Shown: positions 51,276-60,779 of the stretch, piece by piece
Layout: each line of letters starts with the position of its first letter
How positions within the stretch are numbered: position 1 is the first letter of the stretch
Assembly: GCA_963798845.1 (NCBI GenBank)
Contig: CAWCUS010000004.1
Span: forward strand, 256,001 to 320,000
Source: an uncultured Gemmatimonadales bacterium
GTDB taxonomy: Bacteria; Gemmatimonadota; Gemmatimonadetes; Longimicrobiales; RSA9
Length of the DNA stretch: 64,000 nt
Direction: 5' to 3'
The notes under the pieces: model-generated
Seen by the model: only the letters and a program-made list of their open reading frames with translations
Told to the model about the DNA's origin: nothing
The model's database searches: none
Program-made: the position numbers and the translations under genes

Positions 51276-51626
51276 TCACGAGCTGATGGCTGGCACGTCG
51301 GCGTCCAGCGCCAGCTCGACCTGCGGCGGCTCCATCGCGCGGACATCGACGCCATGCAGCTCGCTCAGCTTGTCGATGAACCAACGGTCGAACTCGTTCG
51401 TCGAGTGCGGCGCCTCGGCGAGGAAACGGCTGCCGCCCGGACCGTCGTGCACGGCGAGTACGAGGTAGCCGTCGGGCACCGTCTGCAGGTAGGCCTGGTG
51501 GCGGTCCAGACCCCAGCGGCGGTTGAAGTCGGCGAACTGTCCCTCGCGCGGGCCGTTCAGCTCCGCAATGAAGGCGCGCCATGCCTCGAGGTTGGCGCTG
51601 GGGAGCGGAATGGCGAAAGCGGCCAC
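51276..51626 (-). CDS. Small conserved-looking hypothetical protein; start uncertain
   Basis: AFAIP..EAWRAF..L.GPR..YLQT..FDRWF..ELHGVD; coding-like composition. Confidence 0.65.
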   Translation of the reverse strand: MAAFAIPLPSANLEAWRAFIAELNGPREGQFADFNRRWGLDRHQAYLQTVPDGYLVLAVHDGPGGSRFLAEAPHSTNEFDRWFIDKLSELHGVDVRAMEPPQVELALDADVPAISS

Positions 51627-51795
51627 GAAGCACCTCCGGGGTGGAAATGAAGCGCAGCGCGACCGGGGCTCGGCCGCGCTGCGAGAATCCATCGTAGCGC
51701 CCGACGCACCGCGAGGCAACGATCCGGGCCCGATCAACCATCGTGCGAGCTGCGCTCACGGTTGATCTCGAACATAGGCGGCTCATGTCTATCGC

Positions 51796-53423
51796 ATGGA
51801 TCCGGAAGTGCGGAAGTGCCTCGCTACCATCGGCGGACGCGGTGGGAAGAAGAGCCGGCGCGTGCTCAGCCCTGAGGACGCTCGTCGAATGGTGCGGACG
51901 CGCGAGGCGCGACGCGCCCACAAGCGCTTCCACGGCCGTTGCTTCTGGTCCTACGCCCCGGGTCTCGAGATCGGGCCCGCGGACGTCGATTGGCTCGCGC
52001 GCTCGGCCGCTTCGGGAGGCAGCCGCGGCGCTGGCGACAGGACGGTCGCGGTGGTCCCGCTGGAGAACCTGAGCACGGACCCGGACAACGCCTTCTTCGC
52101 GATCGGCGTACAGGACGAGATCCTCACGCAGCTCGAGAAGATCTCCGACCTCCACGTCATCTCGCGCTCCTCGACAATGCGCTATCCGGCCGGTCCGGCG
52201 CGTGCCGCGATGCGGACCATGGGGCGGGAGCTCGGGGCCCGCTGGATCGTGGAGGGCAGCGTCGCGCGCATCTATCAGGAGGTACGCATCAACCTGCAGC
52301 TCATCGAGAGCGCGACGGACGCGCACGTGTGGGCCGAGGTCTACGACGGCGACCTCACCGTCCAGGGGCTCCTCGCGTTCCAGGCGCAGGTGGCACGAAG
52401 GGTGGCGGCGTCGCTGAAAGCGACGATCCAACCCGAGGAGGCGAGCCGTATCGCGTCGATTCCCACCGACGACGTGAAGCCTACGACGTCTACCTCCGCG
52501 GCATCGACGCCTTCAGCCGTCGGCGCGAGACGGACCTGCGTCGTGCCCTCGAACTTTTCGGAAGCGCGATCGCCATCGACTCCAGCTACGCGCTCGCCTA
52601 CGCCGGTCGGGCGCACACGTATGCCGTCCTCCCCTTCTACGCGGAGGTCTCGCCGCAGGTGAGCGGCCCGCTCGGGGCCGCCGCCGCCGACCGGGCGCTC
52701 GCTCTGGACAGCACGGTCGCGGAAGCCTAAGCCGCCCTCGGCGATCTGCGCTTCCACGTGGCCTACGATTTCGAAGGCGCCGAGGCCGCGCTGCGGCAGG
52801 CGATCCGGCTCAAGCCCTCCCTGGCGCAGGCGTGGGACTGGCTTTCCGAGGCCTTCGGGGCGCGCGGACGCGTCGACCAGGCGCTCGCGGCGGAGCAGAC
52901 GGCGCTCGAGCTGGACCCGGTGGCGACGCGCTTCAACGTCGGATACGGAGACCTCCTGCGAGGGAGCGGGAAAACGGACGAGGCGATCACGCAGCTCGAA
53001 CGCGCGACGCGGCTCGACTCGACCTTCCCGGCCGCGCAGGCAGCGCTGGCCGACGCCTACCTCAATGCCGGGCGTTCCCGTGACGCGGCCGCCGCGTACC
53101 GCCGCTACGCGGAGCTGGTCGGCCCGGAGGTAGGCGTGCTGGAGCGGGTGGCGCTCGCCGCGGGCGATCCCGCCGGACGCACGGAAGTCATCGCAATGCT
53201 GGATGGGATCGCCCGGCCATCGTGGCGCCTCCAGGCCACTTCCATCGCGGCCGCATACATACGGGTCGGGCAGCACGACAAGGCTCTTGCATGGGTCCAA
53301 CGAGCCTATGCGGGGGACGACGTCCGGCTCCCCTTCGTCTTCCACGACGTCACGTTCGCGCCGCTGCGACCCGAGCCCGCCTTCCGAGAGCTCGCCGCCA
53401 GGCTGGGCGTGGCGCTGCCATGA
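51796..53423 (+). pseudogene. Chimeric pseudogene: small basic protein N-terminus fused to a TolB-N/TPR protein, with frameshift near 52476 and in-frame TAA at 52728
   Basis: TVAVVPLENLS..DEILTQL..VISRSS..VEGSV; EAYDVYLRG in the next frame; AEA*AALG; FAPLRPEPAF. Confidence 0.85.
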
Positions 53424-53463
53424 GACGTCGGGCGCCTCGGTCGTCCCCCTACAGCGGCGTGGG

Positions 53464-55233
53464 TCATGTCCCGCATGTGCCGGTCACGACGTTGGCGGGG
53501 GCATCTTCGATAACCGGAGTCGTGCGCCCGGCCGGCACGTGGACCCGAACGTACGCGACCCCGACGTTGCCGGCCGCATCCTCCGCCGCGAGCTGGATCA
53601 CGTAAACGCGTCCGTTGCCGCCCTGGACCCGCTCCGCCCTTACGTCGACCGACCGGCACTGAGGTGCGATCACGATGTCGTTGATCGTCTTCCCATCGGA
53701 GCCATCGTTGTCGACCTCGTCACTGCTCACGCTGACGATCCTGACATCCTCCGGCGCCAGGTCCGGATCCTGGTCGTTCACGGCCGTGACGAGATCCTCG
53801 ATGGATAGCGTCACATACTTGTGATTCGGCGGCCAGAGCATGATCGGCCCGTCGGTCACGATGATCTCCGGTGGCGTCACATTGTCCGAGATGACCTCAA
53901 TGTAGACGTAGACCGGACTCGAGTGGACACCGTTGTCGTCGGCCAGCGAATACTGGAACTGGTCCGTTCCGGTGAAGCCCGCGGCCGGTTCGTAGACGAA
54001 GTGTCCGCTCGTCACGATCGTCGTCACCGTCCCGTGCGTCGGCGCATTGAAATTCGAGACGATGATGGCATCGCCGTCCGGATCCAGGTCGTTCGCCATC
54101 AGCCCGGGCGCATCCACGGTGAGGGTCGCGCCTTCGAGCGTGCCGTAGTGGTCCGTGACACCGATGGGAGCGCGGTTCGGATCCGGAAGCACCTCGATCG
54201 TCACGGTCCCCAGGTCCGAGGTATTGCCGTCGCTGTCGGTCAGCGAATACTGGAACTGATCCGTTCCGGTGAAGCCGGGGTCCGGTACGTAGACGAAGTG
54301 CCCGCTCGTCACGATCGTCGTAATCGTCCCGTTCGTCGGCGCGAGATAATTCGACACGATGAAGGTGCTGCCATCCGGGTCCAGGTCGTTGGCCATGAGG
54401 CCCGGCGCAGCGATGTCCAGCGTGACCCCTTCCGTCGTGGCGAAGGCGTCCTCGATCGCGATCGGCGCCGAGCCGCCCGTCGCCAGCACATCGATGTGGA
54501 CCGTGACCGGACTCGAGAGGACGCCATTGTCGTCGGCCAGCGAATACTGGAACTGGTCCGTTCCCGTGAAGCCCGCGGCCGGTTCGTAGACGAAGTGTCC
54601 GCTCGTCACGATCGTCGTCACCGTCCCGTGCGTCGGCGCGAGGAAATTCGAGACGATGATGGCGTCGCCGTCAACATCCAGGTCGTTCGCCATCAGCCCG
54701 GGCGCATCCACGGTGAGGGTCGCGCCTTCGAGCGTGCCGTAGTGGTCCGTGACACCAATGGGAGCGCGGTTAGGATCCGGCAGCACCTGGATCGTCACGG
54801 TCGCCGGGTCCGAGGTATTGCCGTCGCTGTCGGTCAGCGAATACTGGAACTGATCCGTTCCGGTGAAGCCCGGGTCCGGTACGTAGACGAAGTGCCCGCT
54901 CGTCACGATCGTCGTCACCGTCCCGTTCGTCGGCGCGAGATAATTCGACACGATGAAGGTGCTGCCATCCGGGTCCAGGTCGTTGGCCATGAGGCCCGGC
55001 GCATCAATGTCGAGCGTGACCCCTTCCGCCGTGGCGTAGACGTCCTCGATCGCGATCGGCGCACCGGCCACCGCGGCGAGAGGCACGAGCAGCAGCCGGG
55101 TTTCCTGTGGCGCGTCCGCCGACTCCCGATCCGGGGGAGCCAGAGGCTGGTCACATGCCAGGATTCCCAGGACGATGGTCGCAAGGGGAGGGAAGACGCG
55201 GATCGGCCGGGATGCGGGACGTTTGTGGGACAT
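53464..55233 (-). CDS. Lipoprotein with four Big_9/tandem-95 Ig-like repeats and a LWPPNHK C-terminal domain
   Basis: ILAC lipobox; 4x AP.A..D..GLMANDLD.DG..FVY.P..GFTGTDQFQY; LWPPNHK..RAER..GNGRVY. Confidence 0.9.
   Translation of the reverse strand: MSHKRPASRPIRVFPPLATIVLGILACDQPLAPPDRESADAPQETRLLLVPLAAVAGAPIAIEDVYATAEGVTLDIDAPGLMANDLDPDGSTFIVSNYLAPTNGTVTTIVTSGHFVYVPDPGFTGTDQFQYSLTDSDGNTSDPATVTIQVLPDPNRAPIGVTDHYGTLEGATLTVDAPGLMANDLDVDGDAIIVSNFLAPTHGTVTTIVTSGHFVYEPAAGFTGTDQFQYSLADDNGVLSSPVTVHIDVLATGGSAPIAIEDAFATTEGVTLDIAAPGLMANDLDPDGSTFIVSNYLAPTNGTITTIVTSGHFVYVPDPGFTGTDQFQYSLTDSDGNTSDLGTVTIEVLPDPNRAPIGVTDHYGTLEGATLTVDAPGLMANDLDPDGDAIIVSNFNAPTHGTVTTIVTSGHFVYEPAAGFTGTDQFQYSLADDNGVHSSPVYVYIEVISDNVTPPEIIVTDGPIMLWPPNHKYVTLSIEDLVTAVNDQDPDLAPEDVRIVSVSSDEVDNDGSDGKTINDIVIAPQCRSVDVRAERVQGGNGRVYVIQLAAEDAAGNVGVAYVRVHVPAGRTTPVIEDAPANVVTGTCGT
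53890..55065 (-). repeat. 594-bp intragenic tandem duplication (A-B-A'-B')
   Basis: Matching segments offset by 594 nt (54327/54921, 54157/54751). Confidence 0.9.
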
Positions 55234-56086
55234 GACCTCACCTGGATGTTGAGAGTGCAGCGGGACCACAATCATCAATTGCCGCGGTCGGCGAAGCACG
55301 GCCTCGGCAGTCGTGCCGATCCCGTGATTGCCGGTGCCTGTCGAGGAATGCACGGTGGAAGCGCCGCTTTCCACACCAGGTCGCCGTCCCCCGGCGACCA
55401 TACCCTTGCAGCGGCGGCTGCGAGCACGGACGGCGCGGTTTGGGGCCGGTTTCGGCCACCGGAAGCCGCGTCGCTATCCGACTGTCTATCGCGCCCTGCA
55501 CCGAGGCCGGCCAGGGGCGACATCTATGGGGAAGGAACTCCAAAAAAACGCTCGACGAAGCTACCCGGTCCCGTTCATCGATGCAAGAAAGATCTTCGAG
55601 GACCGTGGCTCAGCTCCCATCCGGAACGGCGCCGGGCGCGGCTTCTCGCTCGCCGCTGCCGGGGGCTCAGGGGTCCGAGGGGCCGACGCGGGCGTCGGGT
55701 CGAAGTCGTCGCAGGGCAGGGGATCGGCTGGTACGCCTTCCGCAAGAAGCTGGAGACGATCCGACCGTCGTGGCTGCGCTCGGCCCACGCCAGCGCGGAC
55801 CACATCGCGGCCGGATCGCGAACTGCCCGCCGCAGCAGCAGCCATTCTCCTTGAGTCCGCCGGCGCTTCTGCGTAGGCATTGAACTCCTACCCCATCAGG
55901 CGAGGAGATCTGCATCAACCGTCGTACCGCAGCCCGTCTCCTGGCCGCCGCCCGTGAAGAGGCGGCGAACACGCGCCTCACCACCGACGCGCTGACGGGA
56001 GAGGGACACCGTGAAGGCGACCGCGGAGGGCGCGTGGGCGCTGTCCTCCGCCGGGTCGCCACGAAGAGGAGGAAAGGAGGACTGTC

Positions 56087-56692
56087 ATGGCGCAGGAATG
56101 GACACTCGACGGGATGTATACGGAGGCGTGCACCTGCGAGGCGGTGTGCCCGTGCATCGTGCTGAGCGAACCGACGGAGGGAGACTGCACGGCCATCGTC
56201 GCCTGGCACATCGACCAGGGCCGCTACGGCGACACGTCGCTCGACGGCCTCAACGCGGCGGTCGGGGTGTACACGCCGGGCAACATGAAGGAGAAGGACT
56301 GGCGTGCCGCGCTGTACATCGATGATCGGGCCACGGCGGAGCAGCAGGAGGCGCTCACGACCATCTTCGGCGGCCAGGCGGGAGGACACCCGGCCAGGAT
56401 CGCGTCGCACATCGCGGAGGTGGCGGGGGTCCACGTGGTGCCGATCGCCTTCGAGAGCGACGGCCGGCGAGGACGGCTGCGCGTGGGGGATGTCGGAGAG
56501 TCCGAGTGGGAGCCGATCGAGGGCCAGGGCGGCGGCCTGGTCACCGTCGAGGGGAACCCGCTCGCGATCTCCCCGGCCCAAACGGCGGTCATCGGGCGGG
56601 CGAGCACCGCGCGCTTCCACGATCACGGCATCGCGTTCCAGAGCTCTGGCCGCCAGGCGATGGTGGCGCCCTTCCGTTACGCGGGGCCGTGA
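56087..56692 (+). CDS. DUF1326 protein
   Basis: EACTCEAVCPC..C..WHIDQG.YG..LDGL, IDDRA..Q.EAL..IFGG..GG. Confidence 0.9.
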   Translation: MAQEWTLDGMYTEACTCEAVCPCIVLSEPTEGDCTAIVAWHIDQGRYGDTSLDGLNAAVGVYTPGNMKEKDWRAALYIDDRATAEQQEALTTIFGGQAGGHPARIASHIAEVAGVHVVPIAFESDGRRGRLRVGDVGESEWEPIEGQGGGLVTVEGNPLAISPAQTAVIGRASTARFHDHGIAFQSSGRQAMVAPFRYAGP

Positions 56693-57453
56693 CTCGGGTG
56701 GGGCGCGGCGGCCCCGCCCGCGCGCTCGCGGGGCTCGGCCGGGATCGGCTGATTCTGCTCGCCGGCGTGGGCGGGGCCACGGCGCTCTGTTGGCTGTACA
56801 CAGTCGATGCTGCGACGAGGCCGCACTCCGGGGGCCACGCCACCGGCCACCCGGCGCTCGCCCTCGGCATGTGGGCGATCATGATGGCCGGGATGATGCT
56901 GCCCGCGGCGTCGCCCATGATCGTGACCTACGCGGCGGTCAGCCGACGTGAGGCGAAGGGACACCTGGCCCGGACCGCCCTCTTCGTCTTCTCCTACCTG
57001 GTGGTCTGGTCCGGCGTGAGCGCTGCCGGCGCCACGGCGCAGTGGGGCCTCGCCTCCGCCTCACTCCTCTCCTCCGCCGGCGCCAGCGCGAGCCCCCTGC
57101 TCTCGGGCTGCGTGCTGATCGGCGCGGCCGTCTACCAGCTGAGCCCGCTCAAGCACGCCTGCCTGCACCGCTGCCGCACTCCCCTCGGCTTTCTGCTCAC
57201 CGAATGGAGACCGGGCCCCGCCGGCGCCCTTCGGCTGGGCGCCCTCCACGGCGCCGAGTGCGTCCTCTGCTGCTGGGCGCTCATGGCCCTCATGCTCGTG
57301 GTCGGGGTGATGGACCTCCGCTGGATGGGCGCCCTGACGGCGTTCATGCTCGCCGAGAAGGCCCTGCCGGGCGGTCACCGGATCGCCCGCGTCTCCGCCA
57401 TCGGTCTTCTGGCATGGGGGACGTGGTGCCTGGCTCAGAGCGCCATGACCTGA
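56689..57453 (+). CDS. DUF2182 predicted metal-binding membrane protein
   Basis: MMAGMMLP, YQLSPLKHACL..CR.P, C..CCWALM..GVM..WM..EK. Confidence 0.9.
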   Translation: MTRVGRGGPARALAGLGRDRLILLAGVGGATALCWLYTVDAATRPHSGGHATGHPALALGMWAIMMAGMMLPAASPMIVTYAAVSRREAKGHLARTALFVFSYLVVWSGVSAAGATAQWGLASASLLSSAGASASPLLSGCVLIGAAVYQLSPLKHACLHRCRTPLGFLLTEWRPGPAGALRLGALHGAECVLCCWALMALMLVVGVMDLRWMGALTAFMLAEKALPGGHRIARVSAIGLLAWGTWCLAQSAMT

Positions 57454-57584
57454 GGGGCCGCACGCGCTCGGTACGGGCCCACGTGGGCGGCACGGGCCGC
57501 GCGGAGCGGCCCGCCGGACGCTCAGGGCTCCGCGGACCGCGTCCTGAAGGCCAGCCGAGTCAACCTCGCCCGGATCTTCGCACA

Positions 57585-57642
57585 CCTTGACAGCCGACAA
57601 CAACGAGCCCATCCTGGGTCTCGTTGTTGTCGAACATCTAGG
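57585..57642 (+). promoter_or_regulatory. padR promoter/operator region
   Basis: TTGACA at 57587; perfect 13-bp inverted repeat CGACAACAACGAG / CTCGTTGTTGTCG (57595-57632). Confidence 0.65.
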
Positions 57643-57657
57643 TACAGGCGGGACCCC

Positions 57658-57990
57658 ATGACCCCACGACAGACCGACGTGCTCCAGGGCTCGCTCGACC
57701 TGCTGATCCTGAAGACGCTCACCGCCGCGCCGCTGCACGGGTGGGGGATCAGCAAGAAGATCAGGGAGACCTCCGACGGCGTGCTTCAGGTGAACCAGGG
57801 CTCGCTCTACCCGGCGCTCTACCGGCTGGAGGACCGCGGCTGGATCCAGGCGGAATGGGGGGTGAGCCCGGAGGGGCGGCGGGCGAAGTTCTACACGCTG
57901 ACCGCGGCCGGCCGTGCGCAGCTGACCGAGGAGCGCGAGCGCTGGCGCCTGTTTTCCGGCGCGGTGGAAGCCGTGCTGGCGACGCCGTGA
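57658..57990 (+). CDS. PadR-family transcriptional regulator (acidobacterial type)
   Basis: LQGSLDLLILKTL..LHGWGI..QGSLYPALYRLE..RRAKFY.LT..G. Confidence 0.95.
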   Translation: MTPRQTDVLQGSLDLLILKTLTAAPLHGWGISKKIRETSDGVLQVNQGSLYPALYRLEDRGWIQAEWGVSPEGRRAKFYTLTAAGRAQLTEERERWRLFSGAVEAVLATP

Positions 57991-58012
57991 TGCACGGCCC
58001 GGAGACCCGACC

Positions 58013-60676
58013 ATGACCAGACTTCGCCGGTTCTTCGCGCTCCTCGTCGGCCGTTCGCGGTTCGAGCGGGAGATGACCGCCGAGATGACGCAGCACATCG
58101 AGCTCGAGATCGAGGACCGGATCCGGTCGGGAATGACGCCGGCGGAGGCGCGGCGGACGGCGCTGCGGGATTTCGGCGGCGTGGAGCGGTGGAAGGAGGA
58201 GGCGCGTGGGGCGCGCGGGCTGGGGAGCCTGGACGCGCTGCGCCAGGATCTGCGCTACGCATGGCGGGCGCTCCGCGGGGCGCCGTCGTTCGCGCTGGTG
58301 GCGGTGCTCACGCTGGCGCTGGGGATCGGGGCGACCACGGCGGTCTTCAGCGTGCTCGACACGCTGGTGCTTCGTCCGCTCGCCTACCCGGAGTCGGACC
58401 GGATCGTCCGGCTGCTGGGAACGGCGCAGGGGGAGGTCGGGTTCGGCACCATCTCGTACCCGGATTATCTGGACTGGGTGGAGCGTTCGTCGGTGTTCGA
58501 GTCGGCCGCGGCGTACGATGAGTACGCGCCGACGCTGGCGCTGGAGGATCGTCCGCTGAAGGTGGACGCCGCGTCCGTGACGGCGTCCTACTTCGATGTT
58601 CTGGGGGCGCGGCCGGCGGCGGGCCGGCTGTTCCGCCCGGAGGACGACGAGCCGGGCTCGGCCCGCGTGGTGCTCTCCTGGGGTCTGTGGCAGGAGGCGT
58701 ACGGCGGCGACGCGGCGGTGGTCGGCGCGACCATCCGGCTGAACGGGTTCCCATACACGGTCGTGGGGGTGGCCGCGCCCATGGAGGACCCGGGGCTCTC
58801 CGGCGGCAGCATGGGGGCGCCGCGTCTCTGGCGCTCGACGCCGAGCTACTTCGCCACGAGCGGGCGGGGCGGTCACTCCTTCACGGCCATCGCCCGGCTC
58901 GGACCGGGGGTGACCCTGTCGGAGGCGCGGCAGGCGCTGTCGGGCATCCAGGCCGCGCTGGAGGTCGAGTATCCGGTGGACGACGCCGGCCGGGGCGTAC
59001 GCCTGGTCCCGCTGAAGGAGCACCTGGTGGGCGATGTCCGACCGGTGCTGTGGATGCTCATGGGCGCGGTCGCGCTCGTGCTGCTGATCGCGTGCGCGAA
59101 CGTGGCGAATCTGCTGCTGTTCCGCTCCACCGCCCGCGCCCGGGAGATCTCGCTCCGCTCGGCGCTGGGGGCGTCCCGGGGCCGGGTGGTCCGCCAGCTC
59201 CTGGCGGAGAGCCTGCTCCTCGCCGCCGCGGGTGGCGCGGGCGGCGTGCTCGTGGCGGTGGTCGCGCGCCGGGGCCTGGTCGCGCTCGGCGCCGGTCAGA
59301 TCCCGCGCCTCGGCGAGGTCTCGCTGGATCCGGCGGTGCTGGGGTTCGCCGCGCTGGCGGCGCTGGGCTCGGCGGTCCTCTTCGGGCTGGTCCCGGCGCT
59401 CCACGCCACGCGGCGCGACCTCCGGCAGGCGCTGGCCGAAGGTGGCCGCGGGTCCTCGGATGGCCGGCGGCGCGGCCGGCTCCGGGCGGGGATCGTTGCG
59501 TCGCAGGTGGGGCTCGCCGTCGTCGTCATGCTCGGCGCCGGGCTCCTGGGCCGCTCGCTGCTGAGACTCAGGGCGGTGGACCCCGGGCTGGCCACGTCCG
59601 ACGCGCTGGTGCTGCGCATCGACCCGCCGTTCGACCCGTACGACCCCGGTGACCCTGCCGGCGAGGCCGCGCTGCTGTCCCTGTACTCGCGGCTGGAAAC
59701 GCGGATCGCGGCGTTGCCGGGCGTCAGGGCCGTCACGCTCACCGACCTGCTGCCCATGTCCGGCAACTTCAACGGGAACGCCTTCCGGATCGTCGGCCGG
59801 CCCGAGCCGGAGCCGGGCGAGGTGCCGACCGCCGAGTCCCGCGCCGTCGCGACGGGGTTCTTCCGCGCCCTGGAGGTCCCCGTCCTCGAGGGCCGCCCCT
59901 TCGAGCCCGCCGACGAGGCCGACGAGGCCGGGAACGTGGTGGTGGTGAGCCGGACCTTCGCCCGGCGCTGGTTCCCCGGCGGGGACGCCGTCGGCTCCGC
60001 CATACGGATCTTCGACCGGGACGCGCCCCCGTCGCGGATCGTGGGCGTGGTGGGCGACGTGACGCAGTTCACGCTCGACGCGGATCCCGAGCCGGTCGTC
60101 TACGTCCCGTTCGCGCAGGCACCCGACTACATGCAGGGGGAGCCCTGGGTGATCGTCCGGACCTCGGGAGATCCCGGCATTCTGGCCGCCCCGATCCGCG
60201 CCGCCATCGCGGAGGTCGAGCCCCGGGCGCCCGTCTTCTCCGTGCGCCCGCTGAGCGCCGTGGTGGCCGGGACCATGGCCGCGCCACGCTTCCGCACGCT
60301 GCTGCTGCTCGCCTTCGCGGCGGTGGCGTTCCTGCTCGCGGCCGTGGGCGTATACGGCATGGTGGGGTACTCGGTCGCGCGGCGGCTGCCGGAGCTGGGC
60401 GTGCGCATCGCGCTGGGGGCCGACTCGGGGCGGATCCGGAGGCTCGTGGTGGGACAGGGGCTGCGGCCGGTGCTGCTCGGTACGGGCGCGGGGCTGCTGG
60501 TCGGCGCGGCCGCGGTGCGCGTGCTGGCCCGATACCTCTACGGCGTTCCGGCCACCGACCCCATCACCTTCATTGGCACGCCGCTGGCCCTCGGGCTGGT
60601 CGCCGCGCTCGCGGCCTGGCTGCCGGCCCGCCGCGCGGCGCGGACACCCCCGTCCCGCGTGCTGCGGGCGGAGTAG
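58013..60676 (+). CDS. ADOP-type duplicated MacB/FtsX ABC permease with N-terminal prefix domain
   Basis: GMTPAEARRTALRDFGG, QDLRYAWRAL, LLIACANVANLL, ELGVRIALGA. Confidence 0.95.
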   Translation: MTRLRRFFALLVGRSRFEREMTAEMTQHIELEIEDRIRSGMTPAEARRTALRDFGGVERWKEEARGARGLGSLDALRQDLRYAWRALRGAPSFALVAVLTLALGIGATTAVFSVLDTLVLRPLAYPESDRIVRLLGTAQGEVGFGTISYPDYLDWVERSSVFESAAAYDEYAPTLALEDRPLKVDAASVTASYFDVLGARPAAGRLFRPEDDEPGSARVVLSWGLWQEAYGGDAAVVGATIRLNGFPYTVVGVAAPMEDPGLSGGSMGAPRLWRSTPSYFATSGRGGHSFTAIARLGPGVTLSEARQALSGIQAALEVEYPVDDAGRGVRLVPLKEHLVGDVRPVLWMLMGAVALVLLIACANVANLLLFRSTARAREISLRSALGASRGRVVRQLLAESLLLAAAGGAGGVLVAVVARRGLVALGAGQIPRLGEVSLDPAVLGFAALAALGSAVLFGLVPALHATRRDLRQALAEGGRGSSDGRRRGRLRAGIVASQVGLAVVVMLGAGLLGRSLLRLRAVDPGLATSDALVLRIDPPFDPYDPGDPAGEAALLSLYSRLETRIAALPGVRAVTLTDLLPMSGNFNGNAFRIVGRPEPEPGEVPTAESRAVATGFFRALEVPVLEGRPFEPADEADEAGNVVVVSRTFARRWFPGGDAVGSAIRIFDRDAPPSRIVGVVGDVTQFTLDADPEPVVYVPFAQAPDYMQGEPWVIVRTSGDPGILAAPIRAAIAEVEPRAPVFSVRPLSAVVAGTMAAPRFRTLLLLAFAAVAFLLAAVGVYGMVGYSVARRLPELGVRIALGADSGRIRRLVVGQGLRPVLLGTGAGLLVGAAAVRVLARYLYGVPATDPITFIGTPLALGLVAALAAWLPARRAARTPPSRVLRAE

Positions 60677-60779
60677 CCTACTGCCGGCTCCGGAGCGGAG
60701 CGGGATCACACCCTGGCCGACTCGGACATCGTCGCGGTGGAGGCGCCTCCGCGCTGACCACGCCCGCGCGGCAGCCGGC

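Noticed and set aside
52728..52730. Stop-codon recoding (selenocysteine), given selB in the window
   Set aside because: The stop is TAA, not TGA, and the gene also has a frameshift; no Sec-type in-frame TGA was noticed in the window
55990..56060. Glycine or cobalamin riboswitch before DUF1326 (GGAGAG..CACCG.GAAGG)
   Set aside because: Lacks the downstream CTCAGG and B12-box core elements
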